In this document: positions 24,101-30,857 of the stretch, piece by piece
Layout of the letters: each line of letters opens with the position of its first letter
Numbering within the stretch: position 1 is the stretch's first letter
IMG/VR virus record: IMGVR_UViG_3300042888_000580
Coordinates: 1 to 64,000 of that record
From: a virus
Length of the DNA stretch: 64,000 nucleotides
Reading direction: 5' to 3' (one strand)
The notes under the pieces: generated by a model
The model's input: only the letters and a program-made list of their open reading frames with translations
Databases searched by the model: none
What the model was told of the DNA's origin: nothing
Made by a program: the position numbers and the translations under genes

Positions 24101-26724
24101 CTGGATTAGCAACACGATTATATTATGATTCATTTACAGTGGATTGGTTGCTAAAAACAATCACATTAGTAAGTGCATTACCTATAGGCGATTCACTATT
24201 AGTAGAAGTATATGAAGTTGGTAACGGTGATCAATTAGAAAAATCTAATAGTCAAACTGACCCTATTAGACTCAATGATGTTACTGGATTTAATGAAATA
24301 TACTTAAACTGTAATTATAGTGCAACACTTACATCTGGATCCGGAGTTATCATACCCGGTACATCACCAATCAATGTTATTGCAACAGAAACAGACAGCA
24401 CAGAAAATTCTATATTATGTGATGATGTACGATATTTCACAATAAATGATCAAATTATATTCTACGGAGATGTGTTTGGGGGGATAGTAGCTGACACCCA
24501 TTATTATGTTAAGACTGTAAGTAACGTAACAAATAAAATCACAATATCAGAAACTAATCCAGGAGGAGTAGCAGGACCTACATTCGTATTAACTAGCGAT
24601 ATAGGTTCAATGGATATTATAATAGAAGTTGGAAGTGGAGCCCCTTGGACAGATCCTATAGTTTATCACAATGGTACTAAACTTATATTAGGACATACTA
24701 ATAGAGTTACTCAAACTTCTAGTGCTACTAATTCCATAACATGTAATACTACTAGTGGCATGGAAGTAGGTGAACCAATTGTGTTTAGCAATACAATTTT
24801 TGGTGGTGTTATAGATCCCCAAGTAATCTATTATATTAAAACAATTATTGATGCTAATGAATTTACTATTTCTGAAACACTCGGGGGTGCAGTATTAGTA
24901 TTGACTAATGCAGCCGGTGGTGCGATTGGCATTACTAATGACTATGCCTTTGGTATAGCAGATAACGGCACGTCAGCAAAAATAATATTTGCGGCACAAT
25001 ATGATGATACTGCAGATTATCTAACCTATACTGTATTTGGTGAAACATTCCCAGACCAGTATGGATATACTATACCAGAAGTACAAATAATTGAAGGTAA
25101 CGGGTCAATTGGGCCATTTGCTCTAACCAACTATATTGGTGATGATAACCCATTAAATGCAGTAGTAGAAATTAATGGAGTTCGTATTACTGACACAGAA
25201 TACACAATTAACGATACAGCAGATACATTGACTTTTACTACATTAACTCCATCATCTAGCGATACTATTGCAGTAACAAGTTATAATCTAACAGAACGTC
25301 AAGCTTTTAATACTCAGTATGATATAACAGGAACTACTGTTTCATCCATTGTCAATATTAATAATGAAATAACAGCACCCATAGTAACAACCTATGTTAC
25401 TGCAACCACAGCAGGTACTAATTTATTAACTTGTAGCGATACTAGTGGATTCATTGTAGATCAAACAATTATATTTCAAGGAACATCATTTGGTAATGTG
25501 TTAACAAACGGCACCGTGTACTACGTAAAATCAGTAACATTCCCGTATGATGGTACATTTACTATTTCATCAACATTGGGCGGCACAACATTTACATTGA
25601 CGACTGGTTCTGGGGTTATAATATCATATGTAGGTGGACAACCTGCAGTACGTGTTACTACTAGTAGCCCGCATGGATTAGCTTCTCCGACAGCAAGTGA
25701 CGAATTAATAAGAATAGACGGTACTTTGGGCTCAATTCAATTGAACAACAATACTTACTATGTCCACGTGATTAACGACACACAAATTGATTTGTATAAT
25801 ACACCATACTTGTCTGCCATAGGTGATGTCAATGATCCGGTTACAAGTATATCTTCATATACATCAGGTGGTTATTTGTGGATAGATGAAATATTTGTAG
25901 TTGATAGTATTTGGGAACAAAATAATGTTGACAGACTATGGGTTACTATTAACGGGTATCGTGTCCCGTCATCATCGTTGTACTTAAATGCTGATAATAA
26001 CTTGAGTATTTTGGTATCAATTATTTCAACAGATGATATTACTATAACAAGTATGATATCTAGTGCGACACCAAATCAATTGGTTTATTTACAAAATGTT
26101 AATAAGAACGGAAATGGATCGGTATACAGAGCAAATACTGATACTAGAACTTGGTTGGTTGAACCACTATATTATACAAATGAAATAATATATGTGTCGG
26201 ATGTAACTAGAATTACAGATACTTTAGTACAAAATGTTGTCGCACCGGCAGCAGTAGATGGTATTATAAGTATAGGACTAGATGCTGATAAAAATACTAT
26301 TTCTCAAGTAATAGTTTACAATACTACCACAAGTAGTTATGTAAATTCTAATAATTATTCCATAGTAATTATAGATTTAGTTCCAATTTTACAAATAACT
26401 GATGAGGTTACTGTAGGAAATAGCTTAATCATAACTACTATTGAAGGTAATTTAATATATATTAACGGTGAGCAAATTAGATTTAGTACAGTAGATTTAG
26501 TTAATAATACTATATCTGGGTTACAACGTGGTTCAAATGGTACCGGAATATTAGACTTTATACCGAAGTATTCTGAAGTATTTGGAATATTGTCTAATAA
26601 TTTATTACCTAGCGTAAATTACAATCTGACTTGGAACAGTAATGTTTACAACGTTAATGATGGTGATCCACTACAGATTAGTGTAACAAATGCGGCAATT
26701 TTCTTAAATTCGGGGGAGTCTTAA
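9196..26724 (+). CDS. Giant (5842 aa) virion structural protein, probable baseplate wedge/fibre-platform subunit with repeated beta-rich modules and propeller regions
   Basis: Uninterrupted 17.5-kb ORF after the gp6-like gene. It has repeated 'I.F.G..FGG....T.YYV......FTIS.T.GG..L' modules, FG-GAP-like 'FG.S/AV' blades, and a BNR-like 'S.DG..W' region near 22950-23850. Confidence 0.8.
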   Translation: MATRIRTLNFLPEIFKTTTNSQFLNATLDQIVDQPNTKRIQGYIGSRFGYGVNAKNYYVTEPTKTRTDYQLDPGVVFLKKDTSTAQDFISYPGIIDGLKLEGALTGDNNRLFTSEFYSWDSFTDLDKIINFNQYYWIPEGPEAVTVSTETVYNATDYIITSTPNGYLVTATGQSQGSTNPSLTLLRGGTYTFNVNQASEFWIQGMPGITGYDPNQPNVQTRDVLGVDNNGAEVGIVTFTVPFKTAQDEYELPGNNRVDLVTTLLYANVDGVLLSSLTNGIDGITSIDGLTLMFYNNENETTFYTITYTGDITDPTITLVAGTTIPVEENITANFGTEYIGRTFYRTTGSVITLIPYLSAILDTLYYQDGTSSNKVGQIRLISSNTTNRIDVLTDIIGQANYTSPNGVVFTNGLKVILSGEIYPVSYENIRFYVEGVGTAIELIPVTDFVAPEPFTQGTYIPFDTTPYDIGNFDVNLYIPVLQDYITIARNSIDKNPWSRSNRWFHIDVINATATYTNNPELATLYATPDNKANRPIIEFYPNLRLFDAGVVGKPPIDFIDFRTTDAFNDVTGVAGQESYYPDVEVYTAYTGSIVGTTGTSTTISILSSAVTGAFQVGQYINDSTNVLPRNSQITAITGTTTLTLTVSWVGSQTIVSTSNESSFIANDIQNDSYSVFDGARIVFAADTTLNVRNKIYVVRFSTLVFGDTPVITLTEAEDGLVLTDEQTFAFRGYNYQGMDFHFDGTNWQESQQKTTVNQPPLFDILDNNGISFGDRDIYVGTSFAGNKLFAYGIGSGIDDPVLGFPLTYSSIDNIGDISFDVSLNSESFNYVSGTVPITQKVNTGYVYNYSDLTTSTRQLGWQTAVGPSVQYQIFEFDYFAANPTTTYTCDIAKLANTDSPWPTIQLFVNNKIQYSSDYTVETTATQTIVTFSVPNPEIDTVVEILLLSDQVSETAYYSIPINLNNNPLNEDIVSVNVGDIRGQYQSSFYNNPNTTGNVFGANNYRDLGNMVPYGNRIIQNSASLVLPGAFLRKQNQNLFNALMYNGREYITFKTLLVDTINTTDFTERLSPATMLDNALDVITSAKTDSNSFFWSDMLPSKAAYITNTYSFANALDVSIYPLSKIYNFATANYNGVLVYLTNTLGIITQLINGVDYTISSDSPSLTVTLDLAPGDQITIKEYNQTYGSYIPNTPTKLGLYPSTIPTVILDTAYYQPTYFIVGHDGSYNKLYGDYIDGVLIDFRDQVLLEFEKRIYNNLKLSNVIPIQEYEVLPGFFRDTDYSYDEILQIYSTSFLDWVGQNRINYKTQFYSANNEFTYNYNQSGNKINREVIPQGYWRGVYEYFYDTSTPDTSPWEMLGFTDQPTWWETRYGPSPYTSDNLVLWNDLAQGIDWNNGNPVVIPQAIRPELLQVLPVDSEGNIVSPFVSIVGNYSNTSFNRDWIVGDVGPAEFSYRRSSSWPFDLMRILALTKPAEFFNLGVDIDNYKFNEEFNQYLVNDRSHLVISDVEIYGNGTAKTSYINWIVDFEKQVGIDATTNITDLLYNVDVRLVYRLAGFSDKNLLRFYVEKSTANSNNSSLLIPDESYQVLLYDNQPFDKIVYSGVVVQLTNTGYKVYGNSQTNAYFKILAPKINGNYERVSVQGLSVQLARDYYTTPEVVAYGTEFITVQQVSQFLEGYGRYLASQGVLFDQIESGLTVSWRQMVAEYLYWAQSGWEVGSIVNINPASNLISINKDSYIVQPLTLQRQNFILNQNLYPIQSTDLSVIRDGTLFTAQPLNQGDTVAYGQFNISNFEHGIVFDNVTVFDDVIYNLITGLRQNRITLRGAKTAEWNGTIDAQGFVLNQDNVLDWDKTVKYTTGSIVKYKNKYWIALTIIQPKELFEEREWKETDYNEIQKGLLPNTSTRSYESTIYYDVNRANLENDADLLSFSLIGYRPRDYLALVDLTDITQINVYKNFIKNKGTLNAASAFKGANLPQGGINYDIYENWAIKSGEFGGVLNSNFIDFKLNQNLLTGNPSIVGLTNGITTAGVQQEVPLYSLYNYGRPVTSTDVLPLLPTDTPSTLFPYAGYANFNDMRIAAYYYFNLANSTSPRGVLTPLSELYVGQYVWIADYQGTWQVMTPASLGAVVFAKNNLNGTATITFNNPHGLTKYQPFAIVNFNDSLNGYYIVNTVIDLNSVLVNVTLAPSITIVTGQGIGFRFQSQRVDNPSDIIDLPLLNTEFVKNKVWVDTNNDGDWAVYRKSINYTYDSELVKDGSESFGSAVAYTDTLGYLIGDADAGVTYRYSFNVLFDRYDLKQTLTGVASFGTTITYANDIFVVSQPTGTPEVYVYQLVVNTTVDELQSLQSAISAPGGVTEWGRAIAISGDTNWLYISAVTSSTSLVYVYRYSTVTEEYEQSATIDLGLTNADNFGYSLSTDYYGDTVIIGTPDQNYDGSTENWGYTYVYDRTVQNFEAQYTSITYVPQPFTLAWTPSTTSITVTASDATLDRFTCASSSSLVIGDPITFTGTVFGGIALNTVYYVLAKPSGTTFTISTTRGGSTLQLNNGSGSMTATQQDTPLYVSVNGTLIDDSTYFNIGSTITIVQGLNAGDIITVSSNNFVLAQTLTTENTPRIGVQFGTSVDTNTYATEILVGAPFELNSQNQEGVVYRYTNGGGKYGMIIGTTATNITTTRTILVNGYMVVLTAGNATVVATAINQANITNLQATAVDGKLIISLLDNALASPNDKLNVTVLDTATWSELGFSTYTQTQVITDPHVQGTTQFGNVVKFNEFNSFVVSAPTATRYQATTFDSTDDEDYDNDTLFDNNTTQWIDTYANAGAVYMFDYLSVYNESLINCGNFVYAQSTNDINEIYGSQPMYGHAVEFNASRVVIGTPNFKPDTVAGQIITYFNSIGAPDWSVYRSSSPIVDINRIQNIQLYSAITNDTLDNLDYIDPLQGKILGSVRENIDVVSNVDPAGYNSPNNTQGSMVWGSSQVGQIWFNTSTTRFVNYHQNDIVYNSKWWGQIFPGSDVTVYSWITSNTLPISYAGPGTPYNVDTYSIEYTLNATGVLTPVYFYWVRNTNIIFTLRGKTLADSIIQSYIASPINSGISYFVPLEQDIFALYNCANNINANDTVLHIGYSTGTNDDVSHSLYNLIRTNYADDFLPGLPTTNGADVPESLYDRMLDSLCGVDESGAVVPDPFLPKPVQYGIYARPRQSFFVDRLLALKNYLTYANEILSQYPISETRRSLFLFTEGATNPSTVDNPNWSGSVLPFYATPDYWYYINWWATGYDDNTKSALQVPIYADLATINATAGLIVTVAANGDGKSETYVYTNLNTWDRIGLQDGTIEFSSNLWDYATARLGFGDNFFDTTPYDTYPSQETRSIVRALNEEIYTNELLIFRNKSLILLFEFIQSETIESQNYLPWLNKTSFMDVGHTIRELLPLEVFQSDNQDFLAGYINEVKPYHVVIKEFLFKYTGSDLYAGTITDFDLPAQYNTDIQQFITPELVYSNPSGANQYLPSDPIWETAPYSEWFNNYGLGITGVDDYQITVLASYVSLNSPAMAVDNAYGFPINGTILIGDELIGYSNVNRSNNTLSGLTRGVNGTPVTVHIPGEIITINLPAILVLNGGRGYAEPPRVVAYIDTTIYPEPRRVAVLQVVMNLDSILRVDVIDPGDGYAVLPEIIIDPSVSVTFTSDDVNLLSNTISLPSPLLQTGDLITYTIGTSTTPVGGLDVDQYYYVNVLESTPTFVVALYTTYRDAINDSDRVILFDTGLGVNNVLNVSARASCVSTSLPIRENQITLRFDRTTYNSELTDWVGGAFYGSFYAGLYNNSERIASSSIGLQSTQPDIDTILASAAGAVFEIEDVTNVEVIIWSSRTRIVSAINTSTNVITITASDGGASLINSDSITNPTIGFYIGMPIKFIGAVTGNITVETTYYIKSLVDGNKFTLSASISSGVPGAVLSMAGTILGSAGLTGYVGEVTNTAVVTIFYPGILTATATSSITNGISVPLTGSGLGGTTGFYTNLPVFFVGTVFGGVIENERYYVTTVIDDETFTMSTTEDPVMVSVTNTTASTDYITCDDATGLSFNDPIIFNSMSVSGSAVSTFGNIADGTIYYVSAIINDTNFQISTVPNGGTFGLADQAAGTGTGCTGTNQKDIVQLTTATGSMTCNVGLPVSPGQVTGQEFTFYPTSATTVSSPAFTQGNLITRTIKNALADGDYLSLESETGGTTNMYVNMPVRVAASYGGLSTGTTYYVVNIGTVTTEVIQTTSANVLISTGTAGFYVDMPITFTGSTLGGTIENTLYFVKTVNVNGTDFTITDSQGGATLALSNDTGSMTVTGAPYIKVSATLGGGVLALSNASTSTTLTQYPTSSPSFDVSWILGGYSVDITGAGAGYAINNTFTVLGTALGGTTPTNNLVMTVNTIGTNGQVTSLINSGTPPEIVEQYYLKVISTTECEVYSDSQLQIPVTGINFPFTAGDYALLPEPFYFNQSIVKYNNRVYQCIISNNDTEFIFGKWEELRSDSRKLNALDRIVGYYQPTINMPGLDLTQLVDGIIYPNSTYKDNAFPPSEEYTLDTILQDQLFSPTEVDVTSILWNGTTYFAPANSPTYSDITYSTTGTTWLSNKVAGQPIALTDIVYANSKYVMSSQNNVTPILVSIDGIVWTTAGLESGSVSIDNTSLNSVAYFNGIYVAVGDNIVSSGDAYIWLERYRFTDMVLYGVSAITINNFDGFIAVGVGPDYSVIPTITQSVILKSLDGILWTNITPSASAETLYGASSGNNTIVVVGNNGAIFTSINGSNWNDISTGSANLRDIVYSDSLGLFVIVGESGFIGTYDGSTFSVETSGTTENLNSVIWNSDLSEFIVTGNNNVILKSINGIDWTISNIFVTDPTVYDVQGDAFTSGYGPEELVPGVVTDNLTMVVTTRPGTNWDVATYQHVGYNVVSTTLTPITNGQLIFSFDGLVLIPAQLSVFQIDGTTGLATRLYYDSFTVDWLLKTITLVSALPIGDSLLVEVYEVGNGDQLEKSNSQTDPIRLNDVTGFNEIYLNCNYSATLTSGSGVIIPGTSPINVIATETDSTENSILCDDVRYFTINDQIIFYGDVFGGIVADTHYYVKTVSNVTNKITISETNPGGVAGPTFVLTSDIGSMDIIIEVGSGAPWTDPIVYHNGTKLILGHTNRVTQTSSATNSITCNTTSGMEVGEPIVFSNTIFGGVIDPQVIYYIKTIIDANEFTISETLGGAVLVLTNAAGGAIGITNDYAFGIADNGTSAKIIFAAQYDDTADYLTYTVFGETFPDQYGYTIPEVQIIEGNGSIGPFALTNYIGDDNPLNAVVEINGVRITDTEYTINDTADTLTFTTLTPSSSDTIAVTSYNLTERQAFNTQYDITGTTVSSIVNINNEITAPIVTTYVTATTAGTNLLTCSDTSGFIVDQTIIFQGTSFGNVLTNGTVYYVKSVTFPYDGTFTISSTLGGTTFTLTTGSGVIISYVGGQPAVRVTTSSPHGLASPTASDELIRIDGTLGSIQLNNNTYYVHVINDTQIDLYNTPYLSAIGDVNDPVTSISSYTSGGYLWIDEIFVVDSIWEQNNVDRLWVTINGYRVPSSSLYLNADNNLSILVSIISTDDITITSMISSATPNQLVYLQNVNKNGNGSVYRANTDTRTWLVEPLYYTNEIIYVSDVTRITDTLVQNVVAPAAVDGIISIGLDADKNTISQVIVYNTTTSSYVNSNNYSIVIIDLVPILQITDEVTVGNSLIITTIEGNLIYINGEQIRFSTVDLVNNTISGLQRGSNGTGILDFIPKYSEVFGILSNNLLPSVNYNLTWNSNVYNVNDGDPLQISVTNAAIFLNSGES

Positions 26725-26726
26725 AT

Positions 26727-26734
26727 GATAAATA
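26727..26734 (+). promoter_or_regulatory. Putative late promoter (GATAAATA)
   Basis: Lies right after the giant gene stop, 5 nt before the ATG at 26740. Confidence 0.6.
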
Positions 26735-26739
26735 AATGT

Positions 26740-26889
26740 ATGAATGATAATGAAGAAAATAAAGCTACACCTGTACAGGAATATGGGCCAAAACCCGACG
26801 AACATGGTGGGTTTTACTTCTCATCTCATCTAAAAATAACTGATCCAAATACTAAAGAAGTATTGGTTCAAACAAGAGGCGATAACTAA
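26740..26889 (+). CDS. Small 49-aa protein not in the ORF track (MNDNEENKATPVQEYGPKPDEHGGFYFSSHLKITDPNTKEVLVQTRGDN)
   Basis: Fills the gap exactly; TAATG stop/start overlap with the next gene; its C-terminus resembles the N-terminus of the next protein. Confidence 0.75.
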   Translation: MNDNEENKATPVQEYGPKPDEHGGFYFSSHLKITDPNTKEVLVQTRGDN

Positions 26890-27509
26890 TGTCAGTAATA
26901 ACACTATCATATAAAGTAGAAGGGTTCTTAAAGATTTATGACCCCAATAGCGGAAAAGTTCTAGTAGATAAGCATAATGCTATTAACTACGAAAACATGT
27001 CTGAGGCCATTGCTGATACATTAAGCAGTCGTGGTTACGGTGAAATTTATCAGATGGCATTTGGGAACGGTGGTGCAAGTGTAGATGAAACAGGTGTTAT
27101 CACATATCTACCCCCAAATACCACTGGTCAAAATGCGGCACTCTATAATCAAACCTACGCTAAAATTGTAGATGATACTAGTGTTTTTAACTTAGATCCT
27201 ACAAGAAATAAAATGACAGTTTCACATACTACAGGTCGTGTTTATACTGACATTTTAGTACAATGTTTATTAGATTACGGCGAGCCTGCAGGACAAAATG
27301 CATTTGACAATAGTACTCAAACAGATTCAGCTTATGTATTTGATGAATTGGGTCTATTAGCGAATTACGGAACAGATAGTGACGGCAATGTTCTCACAAG
27401 ATTATTAACTCATGTGATATTTCACCCAGTACAAAAGAGTTTGAATAGACAAATTCAAATAGATTACACAGTCAGAATTCAAAGTTTGACAAATCTAGTG
27501 ACAATTTAA
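26889..27509 (+). CDS. Conserved virion structural protein (baseplate/tail-fibre junction), function unassigned
   Basis: Lies between the giant baseplate gene and the tail fibre. 'MAFGNGG', 'FDELGL' and 'THVIFHPVQKSLNR.I.I.YT' resemble tail-collar/baseplate adaptor domains. Confidence 0.65.
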   Translation: MSVITLSYKVEGFLKIYDPNSGKVLVDKHNAINYENMSEAIADTLSSRGYGEIYQMAFGNGGASVDETGVITYLPPNTTGQNAALYNQTYAKIVDDTSVFNLDPTRNKMTVSHTTGRVYTDILVQCLLDYGEPAGQNAFDNSTQTDSAYVFDELGLLANYGTDSDGNVLTRLLTHVIFHPVQKSLNRQIQIDYTVRIQSLTNLVTI

Positions 27510-27517
27510 GATAAATA
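27510..27517 (+). promoter_or_regulatory. Putative late promoter (GATAAATA)
   Basis: Intergenic, upstream of the tail fibre gene. Confidence 0.65.
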
Positions 27518-27540
27518 ACAGAATATCGGGATAATTTAAT

Positions 27541-28749
27541 ATGGCATATACGATTGTAAAAAGTGATGGTACAGTACTAACGACCATTGCCGACGGTACT
27601 ATAAACACAACTAGTACATCATTGGGCTTACCGGGCAGAAATTATGCTGGTTACGGTCAATCACTTGATACCAACTTTGTTCATGCAATGGAAAACTTTG
27701 CAGATTCAACTCCTCCTGCAAATCCATTACGTGGTCAATTATGGTATAATACAAATGCTAGCACACTATGTGTATGTCCTGCTGACGGAACAGTGTCAGC
27801 TAGTTCGTGGATTACACTAGCACAATCAGGTGGGTCAGGTACAACAACATTTGGTTCAGTAACTGTAACTGGAAATCTACAAGCAAATAATATTCAAGCT
27901 GTAAACAACTCAAATGCCGATATAATCACCACTAGATTATTAACAGTTACAGCTAATGCTTCTATATTAACAGCAAATGTCACAACTGGCAATATTATTA
28001 CATTAAACACAGCAGTTATTACAACTGGATCTGCTAGCACAACCGGAGCAATTACCGGAACTTGGACCTTGACAGGTGGTACAGGTGGTACATCAAATGC
28101 TTTCATAGTTACCGGTGGTGTTATTAATGCTGTTAATGGTATTAAAACAAACAACTACTATTACGCTAATGGGGATCCATTCAATCCTACAGGAACATAT
28201 AACAATGCCAACGTGTTTGACTATCTGACTGGTTCAAATTCAGTAGCACAATTTACAGGTAACATAGCTCCTACTAAGATTACTACAAGTAATATTGCAG
28301 GTGGAGGTACAATTTTTGGTATTTGGACATTGGGTACAAGTGCTAGATTAAATGCTACATATGCTGACTTGGCAGAGCGTTTTGAATCAGATAGTCCATA
28401 TGACGCCGGTACTGTGGTAGAGTTGGGCGGCGATGCTGAAATTACTGCAGTGGTACATGAATTAAGTGAAGATGTATTTGGTGTAGTATCAAACACTGCT
28501 GCCTATCTAATGAATGCAGCCGCAGGCAATGATGACACTCATCCTGCAGTTGCAGTCGGTGGCAGGATACATGTTAAAGTCACTGGTACAGTCTGTAAAG
28601 GGGATAGACTAGTTTCTGCTGGTAACGGTATAGCACGTGCAGCCAAAGTAGGTGAGGCAACATCATTTAATGTAATTGGTCGTGCATTAGCTAATAAAAC
28701 TACTGACGATATTGGTACAGTAGAAGCATTTGTTTCAATTAAAGGATAA
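27541..28749 (+). CDS. Tail fibre protein with a C-terminal intramolecular-chaperone/autocleavage-like domain
   Basis: N-terminal 'LPGRNYAGYGQSLDTNFVHAMENFA...P.NPLRGQLWY' anchor; Thr/Gly-rich shaft; C-terminal 'YADLAERF...GTVVELGG...GVVS...VAVGGRIHVKVTG.VCKGDRLVS...IGRAL'. Confidence 0.75.
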   Translation: MAYTIVKSDGTVLTTIADGTINTTSTSLGLPGRNYAGYGQSLDTNFVHAMENFADSTPPANPLRGQLWYNTNASTLCVCPADGTVSASSWITLAQSGGSGTTTFGSVTVTGNLQANNIQAVNNSNADIITTRLLTVTANASILTANVTTGNIITLNTAVITTGSASTTGAITGTWTLTGGTGGTSNAFIVTGGVINAVNGIKTNNYYYANGDPFNPTGTYNNANVFDYLTGSNSVAQFTGNIAPTKITTSNIAGGGTIFGIWTLGTSARLNATYADLAERFESDSPYDAGTVVELGGDAEITAVVHELSEDVFGVVSNTAAYLMNAAAGNDDTHPAVAVGGRIHVKVTGTVCKGDRLVSAGNGIARAAKVGEATSFNVIGRALANKTTDDIGTVEAFVSIKG

Positions 28750-28752
28750 AAG

Positions 28753-29703
28753 ATGAGTTACGCACAATTTGGAACAATTCAAGCCAGTGATTACAATACT
28801 CTAGTAGGTGCGGCTACAGGGGGTACTGCTAACGTATTAAACACCGTTTGGTCTACTGGAAGTAGTGGCGCAGGTTATGGTCAACCTGCTGAAGCAAACG
28901 TAGCAGTAGGAGACACTGTAACTGCCGCAAAATGGGCTAATTTAATTACTAAAACATCAAATTTAGCTAGTCATCAAAGTTCAAGTATTACTAGCGTTAC
29001 AGCTCCTGCGTCAGGCAATACAATTACATATAATGCCAATGTTGTAACTAATTTACAAACTACTTACGTAAATAGATTAAATGCTGTGTCACAAAGCGGA
29101 ACAAGTTCTAACACAGCTACATACGGTGCTACTTGGCTAAATGCAATAACATTTACACATACTGTTACTTTTGCTAACGGTGATGCGGCACGTTTTTTCT
29201 TTAACTCGGGCGGACAGTTAGCTATTACATGCGCTCATCCAGCTGGATCGGGTATCAATTTATTATTAAACAATCTAGCAAGTAATGTAGGAACTGTTGT
29301 ATTAAGTGCACCTACTTCAGGTGCTGCAACCATTGCAAGTACAAGTTACAACGGTGTTACTAAAATTGGTGGAGGCGGATCTACTCCGGTAATATCTACT
29401 AATAGTGGTTATTATAATTTGACAACTAGTAATGCAAATGTATTTTACCAAACAGCTAGTACAGGCCCTTCTGGTTACTTATCAACTAATATCAATATCC
29501 TTGTTAAAACAAATGGTACTCAAGGTAGCAACGGTGACGTAGGTAATGTAATTACTATATCTACAGTTTGGGATGAGATTCCAAACGGACTAACAGTAAC
29601 AACCGGATCGGCTACCACAGTAACAATACGTCCACCCGAAGTTACATATATTGCTAATACATGGGGTACACCATCTGTTACTGGCACAGTAACGGGTAGT
29701 TAA
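28753..29703 (+). CDS. Thr/Ser/Gly-rich virion structural protein (fibre-associated)
   Basis: Follows the tail fibre gene; composition and the 'ARFFFNSGGQL' motif are typical of jumbo-phage fibre-tip proteins. Confidence 0.6.
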   Translation: MSYAQFGTIQASDYNTLVGAATGGTANVLNTVWSTGSSGAGYGQPAEANVAVGDTVTAAKWANLITKTSNLASHQSSSITSVTAPASGNTITYNANVVTNLQTTYVNRLNAVSQSGTSSNTATYGATWLNAITFTHTVTFANGDAARFFFNSGGQLAITCAHPAGSGINLLLNNLASNVGTVVLSAPTSGAATIASTSYNGVTKIGGGGSTPVISTNSGYYNLTTSNANVFYQTASTGPSGYLSTNINILVKTNGTQGSNGDVGNVITISTVWDEIPNGLTVTTGSATTVTIRPPEVTYIANTWGTPSVTGTVTGS

Positions 29704-29727
29704 TTTTTATCAACAGCTTGGTATTCA

Positions 29728-29735
29728 TCTAAATA
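29728..29735 (+). promoter_or_regulatory. Putative late promoter variant (TCTAAATA)
   Basis: Intergenic; followed by an AGGAG Shine-Dalgarno and the ATG at 29752, heading the glycosyltransferase/radical SAM block. Confidence 0.5.
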
Positions 29736-29751
29736 CTTCTAGGAGTGTTTA

Positions 29752-30057
29752 ATGGATACCAAAACCTTAATTAGCGAGGCTAAAGCCCGCTTCAATCACA
29801 ATAGCGCAAAAGCGCAACTAAAAGACAAATACGACGGCAAATTTATTATTGCTGAACAAGGGGGACTTTGGAAAGCTACCCCTGAAATCATCTCATTTCT
29901 AAACGCAATGGATGATAACTTTATAATTCTTATTGATAACTTTAATAATCCAGTACAAGTTAACCGTGAACAATTACTAACTGTAGTAAAAGAAACATAT
30001 CAAAGAGTTATGCTTGATTGGTATAAAGAATGGAAAGAGATTGAGACGGTACGATGA
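29752..30057 (+). CDS. Hypothetical protein, possible tail-fibre assembly factor
   Basis: Strong SD (AGGAG); ATGA overlap with the next gene. Confidence 0.6.
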   Translation: MDTKTLISEAKARFNHNSAKAQLKDKYDGKFIIAEQGGLWKATPEIISFLNAMDDNFIILIDNFNNPVQVNREQLLTVVKETYQRVMLDWYKEWKEIETVR

Positions 30058-30857
30058 GCAAAGGTGCAATATTATTTGCGTTTAACTCCCCTAAGTTCAA
30101 TTACTATGATATGGCAGTTGCTACTGCTAAACGCATAAATCATTTTTTAAATATTCCAGTAACAATAGTTACAGATGAAGAATCACTTCCATCAATTCAA
30201 AACTACACGTTTGATAAAGTTATAGTTACTAATGCTGATAAAAATAACATACGTGAACATAATATTTGGATCAATAAGGGTCGTTATCAAGCATATAACT
30301 TTAGTCCATATGATGAAACTATACTAGTAGATACAGACTACATGGTTAACTCAGATAAACTATTGAGAACCTTTAATATATATGATGACTTTTGCTGCCA
30401 TGATACTACTAGCTATTTGATGCAACCGGGAGTAGCACAAGAAGTGTTAAGTTCATATAGCTTTAATACACTATGGGCTACTGTCGTAACCTTCAAAAAA
30501 ACTAACCGTGCTAAACAAATATTTGAATGTTTAGAAATGGTACAAAAGAATTATGACCATTACTGTGATATTCATAGCTTTGTTGGTGGGGTATATCGTA
30601 ATGATTACGCACTAACACTTGCACTACGTATAGCAAACGGACATAGTGATAATAATCGTGATATTATCCCATGGAATCTAGTACATGTGGGTAAAAACAC
30701 AACAATATACAGGAACAATGATAGTGAGTTTAACACAGAATATACTGTTATGTATGATAACTGGCAACGTGGCAAGATACGCAAAGAATATATAACACTT
30801 AAAGATATGGATTTTCATGTTATGAATAAAGAAAACTTTATGGAGTTAATCAAATGA
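30054..30857 (+). CDS. GT-A fold glycosyltransferase-like protein (GT8-like)
   Basis: 'SPYDETILVDTDY' DxD motif, 'WATVVTFKK', 'RNDYALTLA'. Confidence 0.7.
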   Translation: MSKGAILFAFNSPKFNYYDMAVATAKRINHFLNIPVTIVTDEESLPSIQNYTFDKVIVTNADKNNIREHNIWINKGRYQAYNFSPYDETILVDTDYMVNSDKLLRTFNIYDDFCCHDTTSYLMQPGVAQEVLSSYSFNTLWATVVTFKKTNRAKQIFECLEMVQKNYDHYCDIHSFVGGVYRNDYALTLALRIANGHSDNNRDIIPWNLVHVGKNTTIYRNNDSEFNTEYTVMYDNWQRGKIRKEYITLKDMDFHVMNKENFMELIK

